Assembly (NCBI GenBank): GCA_050125095.1
Contig: JASFEA010000072.1
Span: forward strand, 1-16,743
Source of the DNA: a bacterium
GTDB lineage: Bacteria; Arandabacterota; Arandabacteria; Arandabacterales; JALGWA01
Length of the DNA: 16,743 bases
Reading direction: 5' to 3'
This document shows positions 1 through 7,361 of this stretch, in pieces; the first letter of the stretch is position 1, and each line of letters starts with the position of its first letter. The notes beneath the pieces are model-generated. The model ran no database searches, was not told where the DNA came from, and saw only the letters and a program-made list of their open reading frames with translations. The translations under genes were made by a program, and so were the position numbers.

Positions 1-2
1 AA

Positions 3-851
3 CAGAAGAAGAGGTACCTGCCGCCGTTGGCGCGCGGCGAGAAGCTGGCAGCCTTCGCTCTCACCGAGGCCGATGCCGGGAGCGCGGCGACCGAAATGAA
101 AACCACCGCGGACAAGGACGGCGACTCATATGTCTTAAACGGCGCCAAGTGCTTCATCACTAACGGCGGCGAGGCCGAGATTTACACCGTGATGGCCGTA
201 ACCGACAAGAAGCGCGGCGCCAGGGGCATATCCTCTTTCGTCATAGAGAAGGGCACACCCGGTTTCGAGTTCGGCAAGAAAGAAAATAAGATGGGAATCA
301 GGGCCTCGGCCACGCGGGAGCTCCTTTTCAACGACTGCCGCGTTCCCGCCGCGAATCTGCTGGGCAGGGAGGGAACAGGCCTTCTTGCGGTGATGCGGAC
401 ATTCGACGCGACACGCCCAGGAGTGGCCGCCCAGGCCGTGGGCATTGCCGCAGGCGCCATAGACGAGGCCGTGGCTTACGCCACCCAGAGAAAGCGACTC
501 GGCCAGAGCATCGCGTCGCTCCAGGGCATACAGCATATGCTGGCGGACATGGCCACGGAAGTGGAGGCCGCGAGGGCCCTTCTCTACGCGACGGCGAGGA
601 TGATAGACTCGGGGGCCGGCAGAACGAGCAAGGAATCGGCGATGATCAAGCTCTTCGCTTCCGACACGGCCGTCAGGGTCGCCCGCCAGGCCATCCAGAT
701 ATTCGGTGGCCGGGGCTTCATGCACGACTACCCCGTGGAGAAGATGTTGCGCGACGCCAAGATTACACAGATATATGAAGGCACCAACCAGATGCAGAGG
801 AATGAGATCGCTCTGGCTCTCATCAAGGAGGCGGCCGCCCAGGCGTCCTAG
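3..851 (+). CDS. Acyl-CoA dehydrogenase (short-chain/butyryl-CoA-like), 5'-truncated by the window edge
   Basis: The frame is open from position 3 (QKKRYLPPLARGEKLAAFALTEADAGS). It carries the ACAD motifs ALTE..AGS, LNGAKCFITNG, ENKMGIRASATREL, AIQIFGGRG and RDAKITQIYEGT (catalytic Glu). Confidence 0.95.
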   Translation, partial: QKKRYLPPLARGEKLAAFALTEADAGSAATEMKTTADKDGDSYVLNGAKCFITNGGEAEIYTVMAVTDKKRGARGISSFVIEKGTPGFEFGKKENKMGIRASATRELLFNDCRVPAANLLGREGTGLLAVMRTFDATRPGVAAQAVGIAAGAIDEAVAYATQRKRLGQSIASLQGIQHMLADMATEVEAARALLYATARMIDSGAGRTSKESAMIKLFASDTAVRVARQAIQIFGGRGFMHDYPVEKMLRDAKITQIYEGTNQMQRNEIALALIKEAAAQAS

Positions 852-1342
852 GCGGAGATGAGCCCGGCGCGTTCCTTCAGAAGATCATTGAGATCGTCGA
901 CGAGTTCCCTCACCGATTCGGGTCCATCCGGGGAAATGCCGGCGCCCTCTTCAAGCTCCATGGCCGACAGCGTCTGGTTAATATAGCCGGCCTTCTCGAG
1001 AATGAGATAGTCGAGGCTGGTCAGTTCACCCATCTGCCCGTTGCCCTGAAGGTCGCTTATAGCCTGCGGCGAAATCGCAAGATCGCTTATGAACTTGGCT
1101 ACGGTCTCGCATTTCTCTTCAATCTCGCCCAGGTCCCTTGCAGCAGCGCTGTCGAGCGAGCCGCCGCCCTCACGGACCATTCTCTGGGCCGTGGCGACGG
1201 TGTCGCTGAGGTTGGACAGTATCTCTTCAGAGAGAGCGCAGTCGCTCTTCCGAGCGTCTTCATAAGATGAATACCCCTTATACCCCGGAACGGTTACGGA
1301 CAGGTAAGTGACTTCATGTGACGCCTGTTTGGTACGTGCCAT
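848..1342 (-). CDS. Hypothetical acidic, predicted helical protein (164 aa)
   Basis: ATG is preceded by the SD-like AAAGGGGG. The ORF fills the gap between two clear genes and its stop overlaps the ACAD stop at CTAG 848-851. The PGYKGY...ARKSD and LTSLDYLIL segments resemble an uncharacterised family with a PG(F/Y)xGY N-terminal motif (recalled, not searched). Confidence 0.75.
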   Translation of the reverse strand: MARTKQASHEVTYLSVTVPGYKGYSSYEDARKSDCALSEEILSNLSDTVATAQRMVREGGGSLDSAAARDLGEIEEKCETVAKFISDLAISPQAISDLQGNGQMGELTSLDYLILEKAGYINQTLSAMELEEGAGISPDGPESVRELVDDLNDLLKERAGLISA

Positions 1343-1441
1343 TGTGCCCCCTTTGATCCGAATTGGCTGGTTTATCTATCGGGCGGGAGGCGGCCGACCT
1401 TAAAAAAAAACGAAAATAGGCGGGAATTAAAGGGTGATGAG

Positions 1442-1468
1442 CGGGGCGCCGCCCCCGGCGCCGCCCCG
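1442..1468 (-). terminator. GC-rich hairpin downstream of the propeller gene pair; possible terminator or 3' stability stem
   Basis: GGCGCCG (1445-1451) pairs with CGGCGCC (1456-1462), extendable with CGGGG/CCCCG across a bulge. The minus-strand T-rich tract (including 1402-1410) is not directly adjacent, so this is atypical for an intrinsic terminator. Confidence 0.35.
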
Positions 1469-1495
1469 TATGCGAAAAATGCCTCTATTATGCCT

Positions 1496-2977
1496 CTATC
1501 TCAATACAAGCGCCTTGACGGTGCTGCTCCTGCCTTCCGCGGCGCATCTGATGAAGTAGACGCCGCTCGGTAATCTAACGCCCCGGGCATTCGTAAGGTC
1601 CCAGACCGCCCGGTACGATCCCGCGCCTTTCCGGCCCTCCGCAAGCGTTGCCACGTGGCGGCCGGATATATCGTACACGGCTAGGGCCACTTGGGCAGCC
1701 GCCGGGATTTCATACCTTACTGTTAACTCGCGGGTGAAAGGACTCGCACCCTCCAGCGCAATCAGCCCGGGGGCGGCCTCTTCCTCCTCGGCTGCCACGC
1801 CTGCGTCGTCACCCTCGAGTTTCATAATATAGATATTATAGTCCGTGGCCGGGAGCACGCGGCTATAGCCGATCGCCACGTATCCCAGGTCATCCGCAAT
1901 CGTGACGCAGCTCGCCGACTCCCTCTCGCCCTTGCCGATCATCTTGGTCCACTGCACATCCCCTCCGGTATCGGTCTTGAGGAAGTAGAAGTCGGAATCG
2001 CCTGTGCTGGAGGTATCATTGGAACCGACGCAGATGAAACCGTTGTCGGCGGCGATCTCCAGACCGTGAAGGAACATATAGCCCCCCGCCTCATATTCCC
2101 GGGTCCACAGCGTGTCGCCGCCCTCATCCGTTCTGAGGAGCTGGCCCCTCGACCAGTCATAGGAATAATCGCGTTTATAGCCGGCGACAATGAAGCCGCC
2201 GTCCGGGGTCGTCCTGATTCCTCGCCCGACCTCAAGAGATGTGTCGCCATAGACCTGGGCCCACAGCGAATCACCGTCGTATTCGGCGATCTTCAGGAGA
2301 ATCATGTCGGACCTCTGGGCACCGACATCCGTGAAACCCGTAATGACATAATCGCCGTCATCAGCTTCGCACATGTCGTAGGCGCGATTATGGCCCGGGC
2401 CCATGTAGTAATCCATCCACTTCTCGTTTCCGTCCACGTCAACCTTCATTGCGAGAATGTCCGTACTGGTGGAAGATCCGAATGAGGATGTGAAACCTGC
2501 CGCGATGAATCCCCCATCGGGCGTCTGCAGAACACGATACAGGATCTCATCTCTTCCATAATCGAAGTTACTCGTCCACAGCGTATCCCCTGCGGCATCG
2601 GTGCGAACCAGGTATGCATCCATGTTGTAGGGCACGCGTTCTGTGAAACCAGCCAGGATGTACCCGCCGTCCGAAGTCTCCTTAAGGCTCATGAAGTGGT
2701 CCTCCAATGAGTCGCCATAAGACTTAACCCACATGGTGTCCCCGTATTCATCCAGCCTCATCAAAAACGCATCCTCGTTTTCCGAGCCTTCGAAATCCTC
2801 AAAGCCACAGGCCACATAACCGTAAGTGGAGCTGGTTTCGACCCAGGTGCCTATATCCCTCAGGGAATCCCCGTAGAGCTCGTGCCAGTCGAGATCGGGA
2901 TCTGCGGCCTGGACAGAAACCGTCATGACAAGAAGCCACATCAACAAGATCGATGTCGCTGCGATGACTCTGCTCAT
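1496..2977 (-). CDS. Secreted 7-repeat beta-propeller protein with C-terminal FlgD-Ig/T9SS type A-like sorting domain (paralog 1)
   Basis: Signal peptide MSRVIAATSILLMWLLVMTVSVQA. Seven ~50-aa repeats of the GDTLW...YG / TxDGG(F/Y)I.AG type. Tail: SPFT..LTVRYEIP...V.L.VYDISGRHVATL...WD.TNARG..LPSGVYFIR...VKALVLR. The start was moved from GTG 2986 to ATG 2977 on SD (GGAGG) spacing. Confidence 0.88.
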   Translation of the reverse strand: MSRVIAATSILLMWLLVMTVSVQAADPDLDWHELYGDSLRDIGTWVETSSTYGYVACGFEDFEGSENEDAFLMRLDEYGDTMWVKSYGDSLEDHFMSLKETSDGGYILAGFTERVPYNMDAYLVRTDAAGDTLWTSNFDYGRDEILYRVLQTPDGGFIAAGFTSSFGSSTSTDILAMKVDVDGNEKWMDYYMGPGHNRAYDMCEADDGDYVITGFTDVGAQRSDMILLKIAEYDGDSLWAQVYGDTSLEVGRGIRTTPDGGFIVAGYKRDYSYDWSRGQLLRTDEGGDTLWTREYEAGGYMFLHGLEIAADNGFICVGSNDTSSTGDSDFYFLKTDTGGDVQWTKMIGKGERESASCVTIADDLGYVAIGYSRVLPATDYNIYIMKLEGDDAGVAAEEEEAAPGLIALEGASPFTRELTVRYEIPAAAQVALAVYDISGRHVATLAEGRKGAGSYRAVWDLTNARGVRLPSGVYFIRCAAEGRSSTVKALVLR

Positions 2978-3047
2978 ATCCACCACCCTCCTCCAAGTGT
3001 CTACTGCGCGCTTGCGGATTCCTGACTTCGGGCTCCGCCCCTACACC

Positions 3048-4535
3048 CTATTTTACAACAAGCGCTTTTTCGACCGCGCTTCCGTCGGGCGTGTCACATT
3101 TTATGAAGTACATTCCGCTCGTCACTTCCTCACCCGCGCAGTTGCGGCGGTCCCATTCAACACGATGGGCGCCCGCGCTCTTTATGCCCTCGGCCAGCGT
3201 CGCAACATACCTGCCGCTGACATCGAACACCGTCAGGTTCACATGGCAAGCCGAGGGAATCTCATAACTTATGGGAACGTTCCCCGTGAAAGGACTCGCA
3301 CCCTCGACTGCGAGTGACGCGGGCTCAAGGCTCTCCTCAAGTGGAATAACGCCCGCGTCATCTTCACCCAGTTTCACGAGCCATATCGTGCTCTCGGTGG
3401 ACGGCAGCACACGCCCCTCCCCGCAGCTCACATAGCCGTTATCCCCGGTCATTGTCATGCATGTCATGACCTGCCGCTCGGGCTCATACAGCGTCTTCGT
3501 CCACAGCGTATCCCCGGCCGAGTTGGTTCTCATGAAATAGAAATCGTAATCGGAAGTCTCTGAGGTGTCCCGCCTCGCTCCGAGCGCGTAGCCCGAGTCG
3601 GGAGTCGCGACAACCGAGCATATGTACTGGCCGTCCCCCGCCCCCCCGTACCTCTTGAACCAGATGGCGAAGCCCGCGGAGTCGGTCCTGATGAGGAATC
3701 CCTCCCTTACAAGAGTATTGCGGTCGGTCTTGCCGCCGCACAGTATGAACCCGCCATCGAGGGTCTCCCGCATTCCCGAGACGATGTCCCTCGTTACGGT
3801 GTCCTGATAGGCCCTGGTCCAGATCGTGTCCCCGCTGGCCGCATCGACTTTGATGAGCATGGCGTCATCGCTGACCATATCCGTTCCGCCGAAGCCCCCC
3901 ACCGCGACATTCCCGTCCCGGGTTTTGCACAGCTCGAGACCGCGCTCATTACCCGGCTTCTCGAGAATCAGTTTCCACCTGCCGTGGCCGTTACTATCGA
4001 TCCTCATCACCAGTATATCGATGGCGTCGGCGGGCGGAGCTCCCGATGAGTACCCGCAGGCGATGAAGTCGCCGTTCGTCATCTCCACAACGCTGTAGAG
4101 GATATCGGTTGTGCCGAAATCAAACTGACTCGTCCAGAGCGTATCGCCGTTCTCATCCGTTCTTATGAACCAGGCATCAACATCGCCCGGCACGCGCTCG
4201 GTGAAACCCGCCAGGATGAATCCCCTGTCGGAGGTCTCCCGCACGCAGGCTGCAGCGTTCATGAGCGAGTCACCCCAGGTCTTTGTCCAGAGGGTATCGC
4301 CGTCGACGTCCACTCTCATGAGCAGGGCATCGCGCTCACCCGTACCGTCCTCGGGCCAGGATCCGGAGACAACATAACCGGATGTCGAGCACTCCTCAAT
4401 CCAGTAGGCGATATTAATCCCGGAGTCTCCGTATACTCTGGTCCAGTCAACGTCGGGGGCAGCCGCCTGCGCTGTGAGCGCCCCCGCCATGATTACCGGC
4501 AAGAGGAATGACAAAGGCAACGGATGTCGTAACAT
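3048..4535 (-). CDS. Secreted 7-repeat beta-propeller protein with C-terminal FlgD-Ig/T9SS type A-like sorting domain (paralog 2)
   Basis: ATG 4535 follows the SD GGAAGGAG and begins the signal peptide MLRHPLPLSFLLPVIMAGALTAQA. It has the same seven repeats and tail (VFDVSGRYVATL...WDRRNCAGEEVTSGMYFIK...KALVVK) and is colinear with the adjacent paralog. Confidence 0.88.
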   Translation of the reverse strand: MLRHPLPLSFLLPVIMAGALTAQAAAPDVDWTRVYGDSGINIAYWIEECSTSGYVVSGSWPEDGTGERDALLMRVDVDGDTLWTKTWGDSLMNAAACVRETSDRGFILAGFTERVPGDVDAWFIRTDENGDTLWTSQFDFGTTDILYSVVEMTNGDFIACGYSSGAPPADAIDILVMRIDSNGHGRWKLILEKPGNERGLELCKTRDGNVAVGGFGGTDMVSDDAMLIKVDAASGDTIWTRAYQDTVTRDIVSGMRETLDGGFILCGGKTDRNTLVREGFLIRTDSAGFAIWFKRYGGAGDGQYICSVVATPDSGYALGARRDTSETSDYDFYFMRTNSAGDTLWTKTLYEPERQVMTCMTMTGDNGYVSCGEGRVLPSTESTIWLVKLGEDDAGVIPLEESLEPASLAVEGASPFTGNVPISYEIPSACHVNLTVFDVSGRYVATLAEGIKSAGAHRVEWDRRNCAGEEVTSGMYFIKCDTPDGSAVEKALVVK

Positions 4536-4608
4536 AACGATCTCCTTCCAATGGAAAGTCGCCCCACATATACTGAGTGCCGCAAATACAAATGAATGAA
4601 GTGGATGT

Positions 4609-4637
4609 ATTATATCACAGGATCCTCCGAATGTCAC
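4609..4637 (-). promoter_or_regulatory. Sigma70-type promoter for the propeller gene pair
   Basis: Minus strand reads GTGACA (4637-4632), 17 bp, then TATAAT (4614-4609), with an extended -10 TG (TGaTATAAT). Confidence 0.75.
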
Positions 4638-4687
4638 TCTGTTACTGGGCTCGAGCGAGTGCGGCCGGAGACAGGCAAGCAATCCGT

Positions 4688-4716
4688 TGGACAGAAAGAA
4701 GACATATGTATATAAT
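4688..4716 (+). promoter_or_regulatory. Sigma70-type promoter for the TPR/DUF2271-like gene
   Basis: TGGACA (4688-4693), 17 bp, then TATAAT (4711-4716), about 50 nt before the start codon. Confidence 0.75.
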
Positions 4717-4765
4717 CCCTCAGTGAGATTTCAATCCGAAGTGGGGCAAGTCATAGGAGGCTATG

Positions 4766-6421
4766 ATGAAACTGCATGTATGCATGCTGATACTTATCCT
4801 TGTGACCGCGCTCGCCGGCGGTGCCGTCGCGCGAGAAGCGGAGGACTACATCAACGAGGCCAGGGAACTCCAGCAGGCTGACGACATCGCCAGGGCCATG
4901 GAAGTCATGAAGGCCGCGGTGGCTGAGCATCCTGATGATTCCAACGTGAACGCCTATCTCGGCCTTTACACGGGCATGATGGCGGGGCGCACCCAGGACT
5001 ATATGGAGGCGGGCCGGCTCGTTACAGAGAGTTTCGAGATACTGGACCACGCCGTAGCCCTGGACTATGAAAATGCACTTGCACGCTACTTCCGCGGTCT
5101 CATGGCCACGGCCGTTCCCGAGTTTTTCGGGAAGCGCGAAGAGGGCATCAGGGACCTCCAGTACGTGATTGCCGCCCGGGAGGAAGATCCCGAGAGCGTG
5201 TCTGAAGACATCTTCGTTGACGGGCTCGGGCGCCTCGCCAGGGCCCTGGCGGCTCAGGGCGAGAACGACCTGGCGATAATAGCCTATGAGAAGCTCATAG
5301 AGGCCGCGCCGGAAAGCGATACAGCCGAAGATGCCCGCAAGGCAATAGAGCAGATGCGCGCGGCGGAGGCAGACCGGTCGCGGGAGGCGCTCGAGCAGGT
5401 TCAGGCCACGCCTGAGATCGAGGCCATTCGCAAGAAGATGGCGGACGATCCCGACAACGCGGCTCTTGTTCTCGAGCTGGGTCAGGCCTATATGAGCGAG
5501 GGCTATCTGGACGCTGCCGAAGTGGTCATAAGGGACGCCATAGAGATGGATCCCGAAAATCCCGACGGCTATGTTGAACTGGTGAGCGTGCTCGGCGAGA
5601 TAGCTGGCCGTGGCTACGACGAGAAGATCTACGAGGACACCGACTACATGACCAACCTCGCGTTCGAGATAATGCGCGTCACGGACAAGGCGGTGGAGGC
5701 GGATCCCGAGAACCCGGACATGAGGCTGATGCGCGGAATCATCGGCATCCAGATGCCCTTCTTCGTGGGCAGGCTGGACGACGCCGTCGAGGACCTGACC
5801 ATGCTCTCGGAGAGCGACGCCCCGGACTCGATCAAGGCGCAGGCCCTGTTTTGGCTGGGACAGGCCAATCTCAAGAAGACCATGACCTACTGGATAAGGA
5901 CTGTAACCGAGTACCCCGATGAGGAAGCGGCCCGGCTCGTGTTCGAAGAGATGAACTGGGACATAAAGCACATCGACCGGGACGATTACGAAGAGCCCAT
6001 AGTGTCCGTCGAGTTCCTGCTGGGTTTCAGGGACGAGCTCCCGCCCCAGACCGTCGTCTGGGTGGAGACTCCCGATGGGGAATTCGTCAAGACGGTCTAT
6101 GTCTCGGGATTCAGCGGCTTCGCCAAGGAGCAGCAGATAAACCTGCCCGTCTGGTCGAGCACCTCTGACTTCGTGGATGTGGACGGGGTGACAGCGGCCA
6201 GCATAGACCACGGGCACCATATATACGTCTGGGACCTCAAGGATCACCTGGGAAACAGGGTGGCGCCGGGGGACTATGTGGTGAAGGTGGAGACCATGTA
6301 CTGGCCCAGCATGAAATACCAGATGGTCGAAGCACCCGTCACGATCGGCGGAGAGGAATCCAGGACAACGGTAGAGGAGGGCGACTTCATCCCGTACCTT
6401 CAGGTCAGTTATCTGCCCTAG
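4766..6421 (+). CDS. Exported TPR-repeat protein with C-terminal DUF2271-like domain
   Basis: SD AGGAGG at 4755-4760 fits ATG 4766 better than ATG 4763. Signal peptide ends ...AGGAVA. TPR-like helical repeats (AVAEHPDDS, DDPDNAALVLELGQAY, IEMDPENPDGY). C-terminal PQTVVWVETPDGEFVKTVYVS...LPVW...VDGVTAAS...WDLKDHLGNRVAPGDYVVKVE matches the DUF2271 pattern. Confidence 0.85.
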   Translation: MKLHVCMLILILVTALAGGAVAREAEDYINEARELQQADDIARAMEVMKAAVAEHPDDSNVNAYLGLYTGMMAGRTQDYMEAGRLVTESFEILDHAVALDYENALARYFRGLMATAVPEFFGKREEGIRDLQYVIAAREEDPESVSEDIFVDGLGRLARALAAQGENDLAIIAYEKLIEAAPESDTAEDARKAIEQMRAAEADRSREALEQVQATPEIEAIRKKMADDPDNAALVLELGQAYMSEGYLDAAEVVIRDAIEMDPENPDGYVELVSVLGEIAGRGYDEKIYEDTDYMTNLAFEIMRVTDKAVEADPENPDMRLMRGIIGIQMPFFVGRLDDAVEDLTMLSESDAPDSIKAQALFWLGQANLKKTMTYWIRTVTEYPDEEAARLVFEEMNWDIKHIDRDDYEEPIVSVEFLLGFRDELPPQTVVWVETPDGEFVKTVYVSGFSGFAKEQQINLPVWSSTSDFVDVDGVTAASIDHGHHIYVWDLKDHLGNRVAPGDYVVKVETMYWPSMKYQMVEAPVTIGGEESRTTVEEGDFIPYLQVSYLP

Positions 6422-6451
6422 GCCGGTTATTAAGGTCCTGAATCATATAGG

Positions 6452-7069
6452 TTACCGGGACCTGTTCTCGATGGCGTTCCTTATGGCCTTGAGCTCCTTC
6501 AGCATGTCTTCTAAGACGGCCTCGCCTCCGGCCGGGACCTCAGCATCGGCCGCGGTGGGAGACATGGCACCGCGGAAAGCGCGGAGCCTGTCCTGTACCT
6601 CGCGGTTGACCCCGCTCCAGTCCGTAAGGCCGTCAAGGCTCGCTTCAAACCCGGCCTGGCCGCTCATGCCCGCCGTCTGAATCCTCACGCTCCCCAGGCC
6701 GACGCAGTAGCGGTCGATGAGGTCGCGGGCTTCCACTATATTGGTTATGGTCCTGTAGGGAACCGTCTTCACGACCTTGGTCAATATGCCCTTGCGCACG
6801 ATTATCTCCTTGCCCGTGAGTTCGTAGGAAATCGAATGGAAATAAGGCGGCATGAGCGCCGCAAGGAGCACCCATACCACGGCGCTGGATATGCCGAATA
6901 TGCTGAAAAAAACCACGCCCGGCCTCTCCCCCAGCCCGATGCCGTGATGGGCCATCAGGGCAAAGAAAAAGATGAGAATCGCGACGGCCGGAATGCCGTA
7001 GACCAGCAGCGCGATTATGAAGAACTTCTTCATCAGGCGCTCATGCGGATAGATCACTTTGCCTTCCAT
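6452..7069 (-). CDS. Bacterial PH-domain (bPH_2, YdbS-like) membrane protein
   Basis: Two N-terminal hydrophobic helices are followed by SYELTGKEIIVRKGILTKVVKTVPYRTITNI...LIDRYCVGLGSVRIQTAG, the typical bPH_2 signature. ATG 7069 is preceded by AGGGGGG. Confidence 0.88.
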   Translation of the reverse strand: MEGKVIYPHERLMKKFFIIALLVYGIPAVAILIFFFALMAHHGIGLGERPGVVFFSIFGISSAVVWVLLAALMPPYFHSISYELTGKEIIVRKGILTKVVKTVPYRTITNIVEARDLIDRYCVGLGSVRIQTAGMSGQAGFEASLDGLTDWSGVNREVQDRLRAFRGAMSPTAADAEVPAGGEAVLEDMLKELKAIRNAIENRSR

Positions 7070-7153
7070 TCTTGTCCCCCCTGTCTTAAGGGCCCCGGGC
7101 GGGCCCGCACCCATACTACGCGTGGCAAAGAGACATTATTCATAATCGCCTGG

Positions 7154-7181
7154 ATTATACATTACAGAGGCCATATGACCA
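7154..7181 (-). promoter_or_regulatory. Candidate sigma70 promoter for the PH-domain gene
   Basis: Minus-strand TATAAT (7159-7154) with TGGTCA (7181-7176) at 16-bp spacing. Confidence 0.45.
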
Positions 7182-7361
7182 GATCGATTGTTGCCCGCCC
7201 CCACCCCCGGGCCGGCAGAATTCTGAAGAACAAACGACTTCAGCCGGTTCGCAAAAGTGTCGATTATGCACACAGTTGCGAATCCGGCCAGAAGGGCTTC
7301 GGTCCGTATCAGGAGCTCGGCCGGCCCGGTAGCCTATCGACCATGACTTTGGGGGGACGCT

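Noticed and set aside
1244-1342. The 164-aa protein starts MARTKQ (identical to the histone H3 N-terminus) and contains ARKS, suggesting histone mimicry
   Set aside because: The match is only 6 plus 4 residues with spacing unlike H3, the rest of the protein is acidic and unrelated, and there is no secretion signal or host-associated context. Most likely chance.
1402-1410. A9 homopolymer as a phase-variation tract
   Set aside because: It is intergenic and not between recognisable -35/-10 boxes. It could equally be a terminator tail or UP-like element.
1479-1499. Tandem 10-bp direct repeat ATGCCTCTAT overlapping the stop codon of propeller paralog 1
   Set aside because: There are only two copies and no nearby transposase, integrase or inverted ends. 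A small local duplication, not a CRISPR or supportable insertion scar.
1800-4450. Recurring DNA words such as GTCCACAGCGT as a repeat array or diversity-generating retroelement template
   Set aside because: They encode the GDTLWT propeller motif. There is no reverse transcriptase and no long near-identical repeat pair with adenine-specific mismatches was seen.
4536-4682. 49-codon N-terminal extension of the 3048..4682 ORF
   Set aside because: It runs through the gene's own promoter. The SD and signal peptide both point to ATG 4535.
4751-6247. 498-aa antisense ORF opposite the TPR gene
   Set aside because: It is a shadow frame of a GC-rich coding strand. It is rich in His, Leu, Val and Gly with no recognisable motif, while the plus-strand gene has a promoter, SD, signal peptide and domains.
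6433-6463. AGGTCCTG...CGGGACCT hairpin between the convergent TPR and PH genes as a bidirectional terminator
   Set aside because: The loop is large, there is no U-tract on the plus strand, and pairing is imperfect on the minus strand. Too weak to call.
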